Origin: Clostridia bacterium
GTDB taxonomy: Bacteria > Bacillota > Clostridia > Oscillospirales > CAG-272
Assembly (NCBI GenBank): GCA_017457465.1
Contig: JAFTHJ010000048.1
Coordinates: 1-45,907 of the forward strand
Length of the DNA: 45,907 bases
Reading direction: 5' to 3'
Below are positions 34,140-43,411 of this stretch, piece by piece; within the stretch, counting starts at the first letter, position 1; every line of letters starts with the position of its first letter. The notes under the pieces were generated by a model. That model was given only the letters and a program-made list of their open reading frames with translations. It did not search any database and was not told where the DNA came from. The position numbers and the translations under genes were made by a program.

Positions 34140-34809
34140 TTTCGGTCTCCTCTCCGACCTTCGGGAACTTCACCCAAGCCGACTTTATCGTCACACCCTT
34201 TGAGGAAAAATTCGCCTCGTATTCGGTCATCACATTCTCCTCTGCCATCTCTGACTCGTGCAGATTCTCTGTCTTCCATACTATCTCGAGTCCGCAAAGC
34301 TCAAACTGCTCAAGACTCGACGCGAAAAGTCCGTCATTGTCGGTTTTCAGCTTCAGTATTCCGTCCTCGCGCAAAAGCTTTCTGTATATCTCGAGAAACG
34401 AGCTGTGCGTAAGACGTCTCTTTGCGTGTCCCTTTTTGGGCCACGGGTCGCTGAAATTCAGATATATACAGTCAACCGAATTCGGTTTCATCGCCTCATC
34501 GAGTATCTTTGCGTCGCCTATAAGGAATCTCAAATTGTCACGCTCTCTGTCCTCCGCGCGCTTCATTGCCTTCTCAAGCGCGACACAGCATACGTCCGAC
34601 ACCTTCTCCATCGCGATAAAATTCACATCGGGGTATTTTTCCGCCATTCCACAAGCAAAATTTCCCTTTCCGCAGCCTATCTCAAGGTGAAGCGGAGCCG
34701 AATCGTCAAATATATTCTCGGGAGAGGAAAGCGCCTCCTTGTCGGATATCAACAGAGCCGAACAGGCTTCGATACGCTGCGCTCCGTTCTTCTTTTTTCT
34801 TACTCTCAT
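34132..34809 (-). CDS. trmB: tRNA (guanine46-N7)-methyltransferase
   Basis: LHLEIGCGKGNF......P..NFI..E, plus NFSDPWPKK.H.KRRL. Confidence 0.9.
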   Translation of the reverse strand: MRVRKKKNGAQRIEACSALLISDKEALSSPENIFDDSAPLHLEIGCGKGNFACGMAEKYPDVNFIAMEKVSDVCCVALEKAMKRAEDRERDNLRFLIGDAKILDEAMKPNSVDCIYLNFSDPWPKKGHAKRRLTHSSFLEIYRKLLREDGILKLKTDNDGLFASSLEQFELCGLEIVWKTENLHESEMAEENVMTEYEANFSSKGVTIKSAWVKFPKVGEETENA

Positions 34810-34823
34810 AAAAGGACTGCTCC

Positions 34824-35918
34824 TTATACGTTGAATCTGAAGAGGACGACGTCTCCGTCCTTCATCACGTATTCCTTGCCCTCGCTTCGGTAAAGTCCCG
34901 CGTCCTTTGCCGCCGCAATGCTTCCACAGGCTTGAAGGTCGTCAAAGGATACTACCTCCGCGCGGATAAATCCTCTCTCAAAATCGCTGTGTATCTTACC
35001 CGCCGCCTGCGGCGCCTTTGTTCCCTTGGTTATAGTCCAAGCCCTTACCTCCTGCGGTCCTCCCGTCAGATAGCTGATAAGACCGAGGAGCGTGTAACTC
35101 GCCTTGATAAGACGGTCAAGACCGCTCTCGGGGATACCGAGGTCCTCAAGGAATATTGCTTTCTCCTCGCCCTCAAGCTCGGCAATCTCCGCCTCAAGCT
35201 GGGCGCATATAGCGATTATCTGTGAATGCTCTCTCTCGGCTTGCTCCTTGAGAGCGACGTAGTTCTTGTTTGAAAGAGGCTCCTCCGAAACCTCGTCCTC
35301 ACTCACATTTGCCACATAGATAACAGGCTTCATTGTGAGGAGCGGGGTATCGTGCAGATACTCAAGCTCACTCTCGTCAAGCTCAACCTCACGGGCGCAC
35401 TTTCCGTCGGAGAGAGCTGCGTGGAGACGCTCAAAGACCTCAAGCTCGGCGGCGAGAGTCTTGTCTCCCTTCATTGCCTTTTTCGTGCGGTCAATACGGC
35501 GCTCGACCATCTCGATATCCGAGAAGATAAGCTCAAGATTTATCGTCTCAAGGTCACGCAGAGAGTTTATCGAGCCGTCAACGTGGATTATGTTGTCGTC
35601 GTCAAAGCAACGGATAACGTGAACTATAGCATCCACCTCACGGATATTCGAGAGGAATTTGTTTCCAAGTCCCTCTCCCTTTGAGGCGCCCTTGACAAGT
35701 CCCGCGATATCAACGAATTCTATGATAGCGGGGGTATATTTTTCGGGATTATACATCTGCGCCAATACATCGAGGCGGCTGTCGGGCACGGTAACGACAC
35801 CGACATTCGGCTCTATTGTGCAGAAGGGATAGTTAGCCGACTCCGCTCCCGCATTTGTGAGAGCGTTAAAAAGCGTACTCTTGCCGACATTCGGCAAACC
35901 TACTATACCAAGTTTCAT
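34824..35918 (-). CDS. ychF: redox-regulated ATPase YchF
   Basis: [21 protein letters not shown], an [11 protein letters not shown]-domain, and a C-terminal TGS-like FIRAEV....L motif. Confidence 0.95.
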   Translation of the reverse strand: MKLGIVGLPNVGKSTLFNALTNAGAESANYPFCTIEPNVGVVTVPDSRLDVLAQMYNPEKYTPAIIEFVDIAGLVKGASKGEGLGNKFLSNIREVDAIVHVIRCFDDDNIIHVDGSINSLRDLETINLELIFSDIEMVERRIDRTKKAMKGDKTLAAELEVFERLHAALSDGKCAREVELDESELEYLHDTPLLTMKPVIYVANVSEDEVSEEPLSNKNYVALKEQAEREHSQIIAICAQLEAEIAELEGEEKAIFLEDLGIPESGLDRLIKASYTLLGLISYLTGGPQEVRAWTITKGTKAPQAAGKIHSDFERGFIRAEVVSFDDLQACGSIAAAKDAGLYRSEGKEYVMKDGDVVLFRFNV

Positions 35919-35997
35919 TTTATTTAGTCTCCTTTATTTTACAAGGTGTTCTCTCTTTGGCGTTATGACATACACGCCATTATCATATCAACATATA

Positions 35998-36026
35998 ATT
36001 ATATCACACCTGTTCGGCGGAGTCAA
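35998..36026 (-). promoter_or_regulatory. sigma-A promoter for ychF
   Basis: On the minus strand: TTGACT (36021-36026), 17 nt, TATAAT (35998-36003). Confidence 0.6.
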
Positions 36027-36162
36027 GAGATAAAAAGTAAAAGTGACGGTGTATTAAAAGGCTTTCCCCTCGGGAAAGCCTTTGTTTGAAATTTCGCCCT
36101 GCCGTTGGGGGGGCAAATATGCGAAAGGTTGACGCTCACGGAAGCACTTTCCTGTGTGAGAA

Positions 36163-36191
36163 GGGGGAACTTTTTTCAAAAAAGTTCCCCC
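36163..36191. repeat. GGGGAAC-type hairpin downstream of the transglutaminase-like gene (possible terminator)
   Basis: GGGGGAACTTTTTT c AAAAAAGTTCCCCC. The flanking A/T runs are not in the canonical position for either strand. Confidence 0.5.
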
Positions 36192-36202
36192 AAAAAAACC
36201 GC

Positions 36203-38254
36203 TTACACCCTTCTCTTTTTACAGATAACAATAGTAATAACCGATATGCCGAGAAGCCCCGCGGCACAAGCCGAGGCTACAATCACAACGACCTTTGTGT
36301 AAGATTTTTTATCAACGCCTGTTGTTTGCGAATCAGGCGCTTGGGTGTTGGTAGCCGAAACGGCGGAGAGCTCAAATCCGCAGAGGTCGCACTCGCCGTC
36401 GGAGTTTGTGTCGGTATGCTCCTCTATGTCAAGCTTTGCCTCACATCCGTCCGCCGGACAGATGTGCGCGTGACCGTCACCGTCAGTGTAACCCCAAGAG
36501 GTCAAATCATATTCGTGAGCGGCAAGAGCGCCGTGCTCTCCTCCGCAAACCGAGCATTCCGCCCGCTTCGTGCAGGTAGCCTCGCCACCCGCGCACTCCG
36601 CCTCGTCCTCAAGATACGAGCAACCCGAAATCACACATTTGTGAAAATGCCTGTCATTTTCCGAGGTCCACTCGGACGAAATCTGGTGCTCACCGAATAC
36701 CGTTCCGCTATAATACTTTCCATAGGCATATACGTCATTTTTGGCGTTTGAGTCGCAACGGGAGCAGTCAAACCAATATCTTTCCGCCACCTGACAGTTC
36801 TGCGCCGCAAGATACAGATGCTCGGCATCGGTAAGCCTCTCGGTGTAGTCGTGTCCGAGTGCGTCAATCGTTATAGACGCCTTATCCTCAATCTCCACTC
36901 TCGCTCCTCCGTCGGCAAACCACTTGCCGCAGGAGCAGCTGTAATATGCCGTGTTGTTTCCGTCAACCAGACAGGAAGCGGGGGTTGCGGGAACATATGT
37001 AAGTGAGGTGTGCTGACAGGTATTTATCGTAAGTATGACCTCTCTGCCAACACTTGAATAACCGTATGTAAAAGCGCCCGACACTCCCGCCGCCGTGGCT
37101 ATACTTCGGATATTTGAATAATACCAGTTGATAAAAGACTGAACATCTCCCGTGATATAGAAACTTGCGGCAAGAGAGTTGTTCTTCAACCGCTTCGCCA
37201 CATCGCTTACCGAATAGTCGCTTCCGTCTACCCTACCCTCCATAACCGCGAAATAATGCGCGTCGGATGAGTTGCAGACGGGAAGCGCATACGCCGTGGC
37301 GGTCAGCGTGTGGTCGCGAAGCATCTCGCTGTCGCTCAAGTTAAAATAAGCGTGGAAAATATTCTCTCCGTGGTCGTTCCAGGTCAGGTCGGTCTGGTAG
37401 TCTGATCCGTCTATTCTTACACAATTCCACGCGTGAGCTTCGGTCGCGCCCGATGAATTGATTCCCGTGCCAACCGCTATAAACGACTGTATTCCCGAGA
37501 GCTGAAGCAGATATTGAAGCGCCTCGGCATATCCCTCACAGACCGCTTTTCCCTCAACGATAGCGCCGTAGGCGTTGTGGGCGTTCTCGGACTCGATATA
37601 GGTTACACTCTCGGCAAGTCTGTCGTGAAGATAAAGCTCGGTCTCAAACTCGCTCATACCGCTCTCCAGCTCGGAGAGGATAGAGTTTACGACCTGCGCA
37701 AAGGTTCCTCGAGCCACCTCAAGCTCATTACCAGTCATAAGATAGGACGGCAGAAGCTCCATAACCGTCTGTTTTGCCGTTGAATAGGAAAATTTCACCG
37801 AATTGTCAAGCCAGAAATGCTCGGTGTGGTCGCTCCGATAAGCTGAAAGAACGGTGTCAAGCTCGTTCTCACTGATAGGATTTTCCCCATTGTATATCGA
37901 GAATCTCTCGGATGCCGAGCCTATTCCCTCGACTATCCTGTCGTAGGCATAGAGCAGCGCCTTGGAGTTCGGGAGCGCCGAGAGCGCTCCGCGCCCGTAA
38001 TACTCCACTGTCACGGCTCTCTCGGAGACCGTCGCGCCTTGCGATGACTGACTCTCTATCTCGTATTCTCTCCATTCAAGCTCGGTCTCCTCTGTAAGCG
38101 TGAGCGGCTCATATCCCGACTTCTCCGCGGAAATAGCGCTCCGTCCATCCTCGGACACCTCTCCGACATTCGCGTACGCAAAGACCGCCGAACATTGAAT
38201 AATGACGGTCATATATAATAACAAGCAGACAGCTCTGCTAAAAAGCTTTCGCAT
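36203..38254 (-). CDS. secreted, membrane-anchored transglutaminase-like cysteine protease-fold protein with Cys-rich repeats
   Basis: 683 aa from the ATG preceded by GGAGGA (MRKLFSRAVCLLLYMTVIIQCSAVFAYA is a signal peptide). It has a transglutaminase core (GKAVCEGYAEALQYLL...HAWNCVRIDG..YQTDLTWND), C-terminal Cys/His-rich modules, and a C-terminal TM helix ending KKRRV. Confidence 0.75.
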   Translation of the reverse strand: MRKLFSRAVCLLLYMTVIIQCSAVFAYANVGEVSEDGRSAISAEKSGYEPLTLTEETELEWREYEIESQSSQGATVSERAVTVEYYGRGALSALPNSKALLYAYDRIVEGIGSASERFSIYNGENPISENELDTVLSAYRSDHTEHFWLDNSVKFSYSTAKQTVMELLPSYLMTGNELEVARGTFAQVVNSILSELESGMSEFETELYLHDRLAESVTYIESENAHNAYGAIVEGKAVCEGYAEALQYLLQLSGIQSFIAVGTGINSSGATEAHAWNCVRIDGSDYQTDLTWNDHGENIFHAYFNLSDSEMLRDHTLTATAYALPVCNSSDAHYFAVMEGRVDGSDYSVSDVAKRLKNNSLAASFYITGDVQSFINWYYSNIRSIATAAGVSGAFTYGYSSVGREVILTINTCQHTSLTYVPATPASCLVDGNNTAYYSCSCGKWFADGGARVEIEDKASITIDALGHDYTERLTDAEHLYLAAQNCQVAERYWFDCSRCDSNAKNDVYAYGKYYSGTVFGEHQISSEWTSENDRHFHKCVISGCSYLEDEAECAGGEATCTKRAECSVCGGEHGALAAHEYDLTSWGYTDGDGHAHICPADGCEAKLDIEEHTDTNSDGECDLCGFELSAVSATNTQAPDSQTTGVDKKSYTKVVVIVASACAAGLLGISVITIVICKKRRV

Positions 38255-38323
38255 ATAGAAATCCTCCGAACACAGTCTATACACGAATTATAGCATATTC
38301 CTCCGAAAAAATCAAGTGCGGTA

Positions 38324-39505
38324 TCACACAGGAAGCACGGGATATGACGAAAGCCATTGCTCGGTCTGTATTATCCTGCCGTAAGCCCTGATTCTTCCCC
38401 TCGCGTCCTTTTCTCTCTCTACCTCCTTCATTTTGTCGCCGAAGTATCTGTATATATGGCTCTCCCTGTCGTTAAGAATCCTCTGTCCAATATCCGAGAG
38501 AGTCCGTTCCAGCCTTGATATTCCCGACCGTCTCTCACGCTTCTCATCGTTTGGCGGCAGAATATTCACCATAACTCCGTTCATCATTCCGATTCGGTCG
38601 GCTCTCTCAAGCGCATACCCGACATCTATAAGCAACGCCCTGTCACAGACAGTGGCTTTTTTTGTTTCCGCCCTCTTTTTTATCTCCTCGATATAGCTCG
38701 GCATATATTCGTCAAAGGCGGGGTGGTCGAACGCCACAAGTATCTCGTGAAGTCGGCTCTCTATGTCGGAAAAATGCGCCTCACAGGACGGATAAATAAT
38801 CTCCTTGGCGCCGTCCCACCTGAAAAAGCCTCGGCTCTCTGCCGCGCTTCTGTATTCGCTCACCTGTGTTCCCAGCCTTGAATGAACGGCAAAGGATGAC
38901 TCGCCAAGCTCCTTTATTCCCCGATATATCTCCGCTCCGCCAATCATTCCCACGGGAGCGCGGATAAGCTCCGCCACCGCTGCCCTGTCCGCCTCGACAC
39001 CGTCGCGCAGATATCGGATAAGCCCTTTTATCTCGGAGGCGAAAACGAGTCTGGCTCCGTCGTTCAGATAATAAAGCGGCTTCGCTCCTATAGCGTCCCG
39101 AGCCAGAAAGACCTCCTTGCTTTTTTCATCGTAAACGGCAAAGGCAAACGCTCCGTCCATATGCTCGACACACTCGTATCCGAATGCGATATAGCACTCA
39201 AGCGCCGCCTCGGCGGCGCTCCCGAATCCGCAAAATCCGAAGATATCGGATATCTTTCCGATATTGTAAAGCTCTCCGTCGAAGACTATCGTGTATGCTC
39301 TGTCTCCCTTTATTGCCGTATAAGGCTGACGGCTCCGCGCCCCGCCCGACCATATCATTCTGTTGTGTTGAAGCCCGACACCGCCGTTGATATACGCGCC
39401 CGACTGGTCCTTTCCGCGAAGCACCATCGCCCGTCCCATCTCCCGAAGCCGCTCAAAGTCAAAGGTGTTCGCCTCAAAATCAACTATTCCGCAAATAGAA
39501 CTCAT
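38324..39505 (-). CDS. asparagine synthetase-like protein with a class II glutamine amidotransferase domain and a truncated synthetase domain
   Basis: 393 aa. The N-terminal Ntn-GATase pattern is present (MSSICGIV, FDGELYN, RDAIGAKPLYY, FASEIK). I found no SGGxDS PP-loop. The C-terminal ~180 aa keep only fragments reminiscent of the synthetase domain. Confidence 0.7.
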   Translation of the reverse strand: MSSICGIVDFEANTFDFERLREMGRAMVLRGKDQSGAYINGGVGLQHNRMIWSGGARSRQPYTAIKGDRAYTIVFDGELYNIGKISDIFGFCGFGSAAEAALECYIAFGYECVEHMDGAFAFAVYDEKSKEVFLARDAIGAKPLYYLNDGARLVFASEIKGLIRYLRDGVEADRAAVAELIRAPVGMIGGAEIYRGIKELGESSFAVHSRLGTQVSEYRSAAESRGFFRWDGAKEIIYPSCEAHFSDIESRLHEILVAFDHPAFDEYMPSYIEEIKKRAETKKATVCDRALLIDVGYALERADRIGMMNGVMVNILPPNDEKRERRSGISRLERTLSDIGQRILNDRESHIYRYFGDKMKEVEREKDARGRIRAYGRIIQTEQWLSSYPVLPV

Positions 39506-39648
39506 ACTATCCCTCCAACGCTTTTATCACAGTATAATTCTATGAATACCCGCCCGTCTTTATTATGAAAATTCGCCGAGCGGCAAAGTATCATAAAAAG
39601 CTCCGACGCATATAATGGTATTGAATCCATAAACAGGAGGTATGCACT

Positions 39649-39807
39649 ATGTGTCATATAAGGCTTCGCAGGGTGCTGGGAATATCCGCCGTATGCTTTG
39701 GCGCGGGGATACTGCTCTCCTTTATCCTTCCGGGATATTTCCTCGCCTTTATTGAAGCCGCCGTACTTATTGCCGCAGGTGTGCTTCTGCTCGGAAAACA
39801 TCATTGA
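39649..39807 (+). CDS. 52-aa two-helix hydrophobic small protein (below the ORF-track cut-off)
   Basis: ATG lies 8 nt after AGGAGG. Sequence: MCHIRLRRVLGISAVCFGAGILLSFILPGYFLAFIEAAVLIAAGVLLLGKHH. It is followed 14 nt later by spoVM. Confidence 0.5.
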   Translation: MCHIRLRRVLGISAVCFGAGILLSFILPGYFLAFIEAAVLIAAGVLLLGKHH

Positions 39808-39821
39808 AAGGACTGACTCTT

Positions 39822-39899
39822 ATGAAAATCGTTCTCTTCCGTTCACCTGCCTTTCTCGCGCCTATTCTCCGTAAATTTTTCGGTATCAAAAAGAAGTGA
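39822..39899 (+). CDS. spoVM: stage V sporulation protein M
   Basis: 25 aa: MKIVLFRSPAFLAPILRKFFGIKKK. It aligns with B. subtilis SpoVM (MKFYTIKLPKFLGGIVRAMLGSFRKD) in length and in the MK..(I/F)(K/R).P.FL..(I/L)(V/L)R...G pattern. AAAGGA lies 9 nt upstream. It is not in the ORF track because it is under 60 aa. Confidence 0.7.
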   Translation: MKIVLFRSPAFLAPILRKFFGIKKK

Positions 39900-39911
39900 C
39901 CTCAAAAGAGC

Positions 39912-39956
39912 TCGGGGAGACGGATACTCGTTCAAAAAAGTTATCCTTCTCCCCGA
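39912..39956 (+). terminator. long hairpin after spoVM
   Basis: TCGGGGAGACGGATA / TATCCTTCTCCCCGA, a 15-bp stem with one mismatch. No U-tract follows. Confidence 0.45.
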
Positions 39957-39963
39957 AAAATGC

Positions 39964-39992
39964 TTTACATAAAGGCTTTTTTGTGATATACT
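39964..39992 (+). promoter_or_regulatory. sigma-A promoter for fhs
   Basis: TTTACA (39964-39969), 17 nt, TATACT (39987-39992). Confidence 0.6.
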
Positions 39993-40053
39993 ATAATATA
40001 AGTACGATTTTGAGTGCGGAGAAGCGCTCATAAAAACAAAGGAGACAGTAAAA

Positions 40054-41727
40054 ATGAAAACAGATATCCAGATAGCCACAGAAGCCAAAATGCTCCCCAT
40101 AAAGGATATAGCCGCAAAGCTCGACATCACCGACGACGAGCTTGAGCTGTACGGAAAATACAAGGCGAAGATAAACGACGATTTTCTCGCCAGAATGAAG
40201 GACAAGCCAAACGGTAAGCTTATCCTTGTCACCGCCATCAACCCCACTCCCGCTGGTGAGGGAAATACGACCACATCGGTAGGTCTCGGTATGGCTATGA
40301 GCAAGATAGGAAAGAATGCCATAATCGCTCTGCGTGAGCCCTCTCTCGGGCCGGTTTTCGGTGTTAAGGGCGGAGCCGCGGGCGGCGGATACGCGCAGGT
40401 CGTTCCTATGGACGATATCAATCTGCACTTCACAGGTGACTTCCACGCGATAACCGCAGCGAATAACCTGCTCTGCGCTATAATAGATAACCACCTCCAG
40501 CAGGGCAACGAGCTGGGAATCGACCAAAGAAGAATCCTCTTCCCCAGAGTTACCGATACTAACGACCGCGCTCTGCGAAATATCACCGTAGGTCTCGGCT
40601 CAAAGGTAGACGGAATTCCGAGACAGGACCACTTTATGATAACCGTGGCAAGTGAGATAATGGCTATCCTCTGCCTCGCGGAGTCTCTGTCCGACCTCAA
40701 GGAGCGCCTCGGAAATATCCTCGTAGCGTATACCTACGACAACAAGCCCGTATACTGCCGCGACCTGAACGCGAACGGCGCTATGGCTGTCCTGCTTAAG
40801 GACGCTATCAAGCCCAACCTCGTTCAGACGCTTGAAAATACACCCGCCCTCATTCACGGCGGTCCCTTCGCGAACATCGCTCACGGCTGTAACTCCGTCC
40901 GCGCGACAAAACTCGCTCTCAAACTTGCGGATTACGCCATCACCGAGGCGGGATTTGGCGCTGACCTCGGAGCCGAGAAATTCCTCGACATCAAGTGCCG
41001 CAAGGCAGGTCTCGCTCCCTCGGCGGTAGTTCTCGTCGCAACCGTTCGCGCACTCAAGTATAACGGCGGAATCCCGAAGGACAAGCTTGCGGAGGAAAAT
41101 CTTGAGGCTCTTCGTGCGGGAAGCGTTAACCTTGAGGCTCATATCGACAACTTGAGCGGATTCGGTCTGCCCGTTGTCGTCGCTATAAACAGATTCGGAA
41201 CCGACACAGAGGCGGAGCTTGATATCATAAGAGATATCTGTGAGCGCAAGGGCGTTGACTTTGCTCTCTCCGAGGTATTCGCCAAGGGCGGAGAAGGCGG
41301 AATCGAGTTGGCTCAAAAGGTTGTCGAGGCGTGTGAGAAGAAGTCCGACTTCAGATTTATGTATGACGACAATATGTCGATAAAGGAAAAGATAAACGCC
41401 GTGGCAACAAAGATATACGGAGCGGACAGCGTTAAATACGACGCGGCGGCGCTCAAGACAATAGCCGAGATAGAGGCGCTCGACGAGAAGTACTCAAAAT
41501 TCCCCATCTGTGTGGCTAAAACCCAGTATTCTCTCTCCGACGACCCCACAAAGCTCGGTCGTCCCGAGGGCTTCACTCTCACGGTAAGAGAGATAAAGCT
41601 CTCCGCGGGAGCAGGATTTATCGTTGTTCTCACAGGCGCGATTATGACTATGCCCGGACTTCCCAAGAAGCCTGCCGCATACTCTATTGACGTCGATGAC
41701 GACGGAAACATCACGGGACTGTTCTGA
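40054..41727 (+). CDS. fhs: formate--tetrahydrofolate ligase
   Basis: 557 aa. [18 protein letters not shown], the TPAGEGKTT-like loop ([15 protein letters not shown]), and high similarity along its whole length. Confidence 0.95.
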   Translation: MKTDIQIATEAKMLPIKDIAAKLDITDDELELYGKYKAKINDDFLARMKDKPNGKLILVTAINPTPAGEGNTTTSVGLGMAMSKIGKNAIIALREPSLGPVFGVKGGAAGGGYAQVVPMDDINLHFTGDFHAITAANNLLCAIIDNHLQQGNELGIDQRRILFPRVTDTNDRALRNITVGLGSKVDGIPRQDHFMITVASEIMAILCLAESLSDLKERLGNILVAYTYDNKPVYCRDLNANGAMAVLLKDAIKPNLVQTLENTPALIHGGPFANIAHGCNSVRATKLALKLADYAITEAGFGADLGAEKFLDIKCRKAGLAPSAVVLVATVRALKYNGGIPKDKLAEENLEALRAGSVNLEAHIDNLSGFGLPVVVAINRFGTDTEAELDIIRDICERKGVDFALSEVFAKGGEGGIELAQKVVEACEKKSDFRFMYDDNMSIKEKINAVATKIYGADSVKYDAAALKTIAEIEALDEKYSKFPICVAKTQYSLSDDPTKLGRPEGFTLTVREIKLSAGAGFIVVLTGAIMTMPGLPKKPAAYSIDVDDDGNITGLF

Positions 41728-41728
41728 T

Positions 41729-42178
41729 ATGAACTTTCCCTACAGTATAACTACAAACTCACCCGAGGAAACAGAAAAGGTGGGAGAGCTTCTGGCTCTT
41801 GCGATTAAGGACTCTCCCGACCTTCCCCGATTCGTCGCTATGTTCGGCGACCTCGGTGTGGGCAAGACCGCGTTTGTCAGAGGGTTTACGCGAGTGTATG
41901 CCCCCGATGCGGCGGTAAAATCCCCGACCTTTGCCCTCGTCAATCAGTACGGACACCGTCCGTCTGCCGTATATCACTTCGATATGTACAGAATAACAGA
42001 CGAGGACGACCTCTATTCCACGGGGTTTTACGATTATCTTTCGGGAGACGGACTCTGCATTGCCGAATGGTGCGAGAATATCCCGTACGCGATTCCCGAG
42101 AGGTATTTCAGCGTGTCTGTTGAAAAGACATCCTTCGACGCCGAAAACGAACGGCGTATATCCATAACACTTATTTAA
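41729..42178 (+). CDS. tsaE: tRNA t6A37 biosynthesis ATPase TsaE
   Basis: 149 aa from the ATG 1 nt after the fhs stop. P-loop GDLGVGKTAFVRG, SPTFALV and HFDMYR motifs. Confidence 0.88.
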   Translation: MNFPYSITTNSPEETEKVGELLALAIKDSPDLPRFVAMFGDLGVGKTAFVRGFTRVYAPDAAVKSPTFALVNQYGHRPSAVYHFDMYRITDEDDLYSTGFYDYLSGDGLCIAEWCENIPYAIPERYFSVSVEKTSFDAENERRISITLI

Positions 42179-42194
42179 AAAGGACTTAACCAAA

Positions 42195-42899
42195 ATGAAA
42201 ATTCTTGCCCTCGACAGTACCGCCACCGTGGCGTCTGTCGCCCTGACCGAGGACGAAGCTCTCCTCGCGGAGTATACCGTTCTCAACGGTAACACTCACA
42301 GCGAAACCCTGCTTCCTATGATAAAATCGGCGCTCGAAACCTTTGGAACACAGCCTCGCGATATCGGTTTGTTTGCCGTATCCGAGGGCCCGGGCTCCTT
42401 TACGGGAGTGAGAATAGGCGTTGCAACGGTAAAGGGCTTGGCGTTTGACAGCAAAACCCCTTGTGTGGGAATCTCCACGCTGGAGGCTCTGGCGTATAAT
42501 CTCGTCGGATTTGCGGGACTTATCTGCCCCGTTATGAACGCCCGCCGCTCACAGGTGTATACCGCGCTGGTCCGCTCGGACGGCGAGAGCATCACCCGTC
42601 TTACCGAGGACTGTGCTATATCCATTGCCGAGCTTGACGAGCTTCTTTCGGAGTACACAGAGCCTGTCCGCTTCTGCGGGGACGGCTACGACATAACGCT
42701 GCCAGAGCTGAAAAAATGCGAATATCTCCCGACGCCAATCCGTCTGCGTTCGCAGTCGGCATACTCGGTAGCGGTCTGCGCACTGAAAAAGTATAAAAAC
42801 GGCGAGAGCGTCAGCGACACAGCTCTGGTGGCGACTTATCTCCGCCTCTCTCAAGCTGAGCGAGAGCTGGCAGAGAAAAATAAGGCTTCGGAAAAATAA
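42195..42899 (+). CDS. tsaB: tRNA t6A37 biosynthesis protein TsaB
   Basis: MKILALDSTATVASVAL....L.E, GPGSFTGVRIGVATVKGLA. Confidence 0.88.
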   Translation: MKILALDSTATVASVALTEDEALLAEYTVLNGNTHSETLLPMIKSALETFGTQPRDIGLFAVSEGPGSFTGVRIGVATVKGLAFDSKTPCVGISTLEALAYNLVGFAGLICPVMNARRSQVYTALVRSDGESITRLTEDCAISIAELDELLSEYTEPVRFCGDGYDITLPELKKCEYLPTPIRLRSQSAYSVAVCALKKYKNGESVSDTALVATYLRLSQAERELAEKNKASEK

Positions 42900-42928
42900 G
42901 ACTTAATTAAAGAAAGGATACTACAAAA

Positions 42929-43378
42929 ATGAAAATAGTTATCGGTTGCGACCACGCAGGTTTCGCCCTCAAGAGCGGAGTTATAGAGCATCTAAAGAAT
43001 CGCGGATTTGAGTGCGTTGATGTGGGTACTTATTCGACAGACAGCTGTCACTATCCCGTATACGCACACGCCGTTTGCGAAAAAATACTTTCGGGAGAGT
43101 GTGAGCTTGGTATTCTCATCTGCGGAACGGGCATAGGTATGTCCATCGCCGCCAACAAGCACGACGGTATCCGCGCGGCTTGTTGCTCCGACACCTTCTC
43201 GGCAAGACTCACAAGAGAGCACAACGACGCGAATGTCCTTTGCTTCGGTGAGCGCGTTGTGGGCGCGGGACTTTCTCTTGACCTCGTCGATGCTTTTCTC
43301 GACGCGAAATATATGAACTCGGGCAACCACATCACGCGTGTAAAAATGCTCACCGACATTGAAAAAGGCAACCTTTAA
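42929..43378 (+). CDS. rpiB: ribose-5-phosphate isomerase B
   Basis: MKIVIGCDHAGF.LK..V...L, ILICGTGIGMSIAANK, and RLTREHNDANVLCFGERV. Confidence 0.93.
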   Translation: MKIVIGCDHAGFALKSGVIEHLKNRGFECVDVGTYSTDSCHYPVYAHAVCEKILSGECELGILICGTGIGMSIAANKHDGIRAACCSDTFSARLTREHNDANVLCFGERVVGAGLSLDLVDAFLDAKYMNSGNHITRVKMLTDIEKGNL

Positions 43379-43411
43379 ATAAATTGATTCGAAAAATCGG
43401 AGGTGTTCGCT

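Noticed and set aside
36203-39807. Lasso-peptide-like cluster (Asn-synthetase homologue, transglutaminase-like protease and a small ORF)
   Set aside because: The Asn-synthetase homologue lacks the ATP-pyrophosphatase core that lasso cyclases need and keeps the glutaminase half they usually lose. The transglutaminase-like protein is a 683-aa secreted, anchored protein rather than a small cytoplasmic leader peptidase. The nearby small ORFs are a two-helix membrane peptide and SpoVM, not leader-core precursors. No ABC exporter or RRE is present.
39900-40053. ZTP or THF riboswitch upstream of fhs
   Set aside because: Only a simple long hairpin (most likely the spoVM terminator) and a promoter are present. 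The remaining leader is about 55 nt, which is too short and lacks the conserved pseudoknot motifs.
39843-41316. Minus-strand ORFs of 285 aa, 178 aa and 238 aa
   Set aside because: These are antisense shadows of fhs, whose identification is unambiguous. They have no ribosome-binding sites or motifs.
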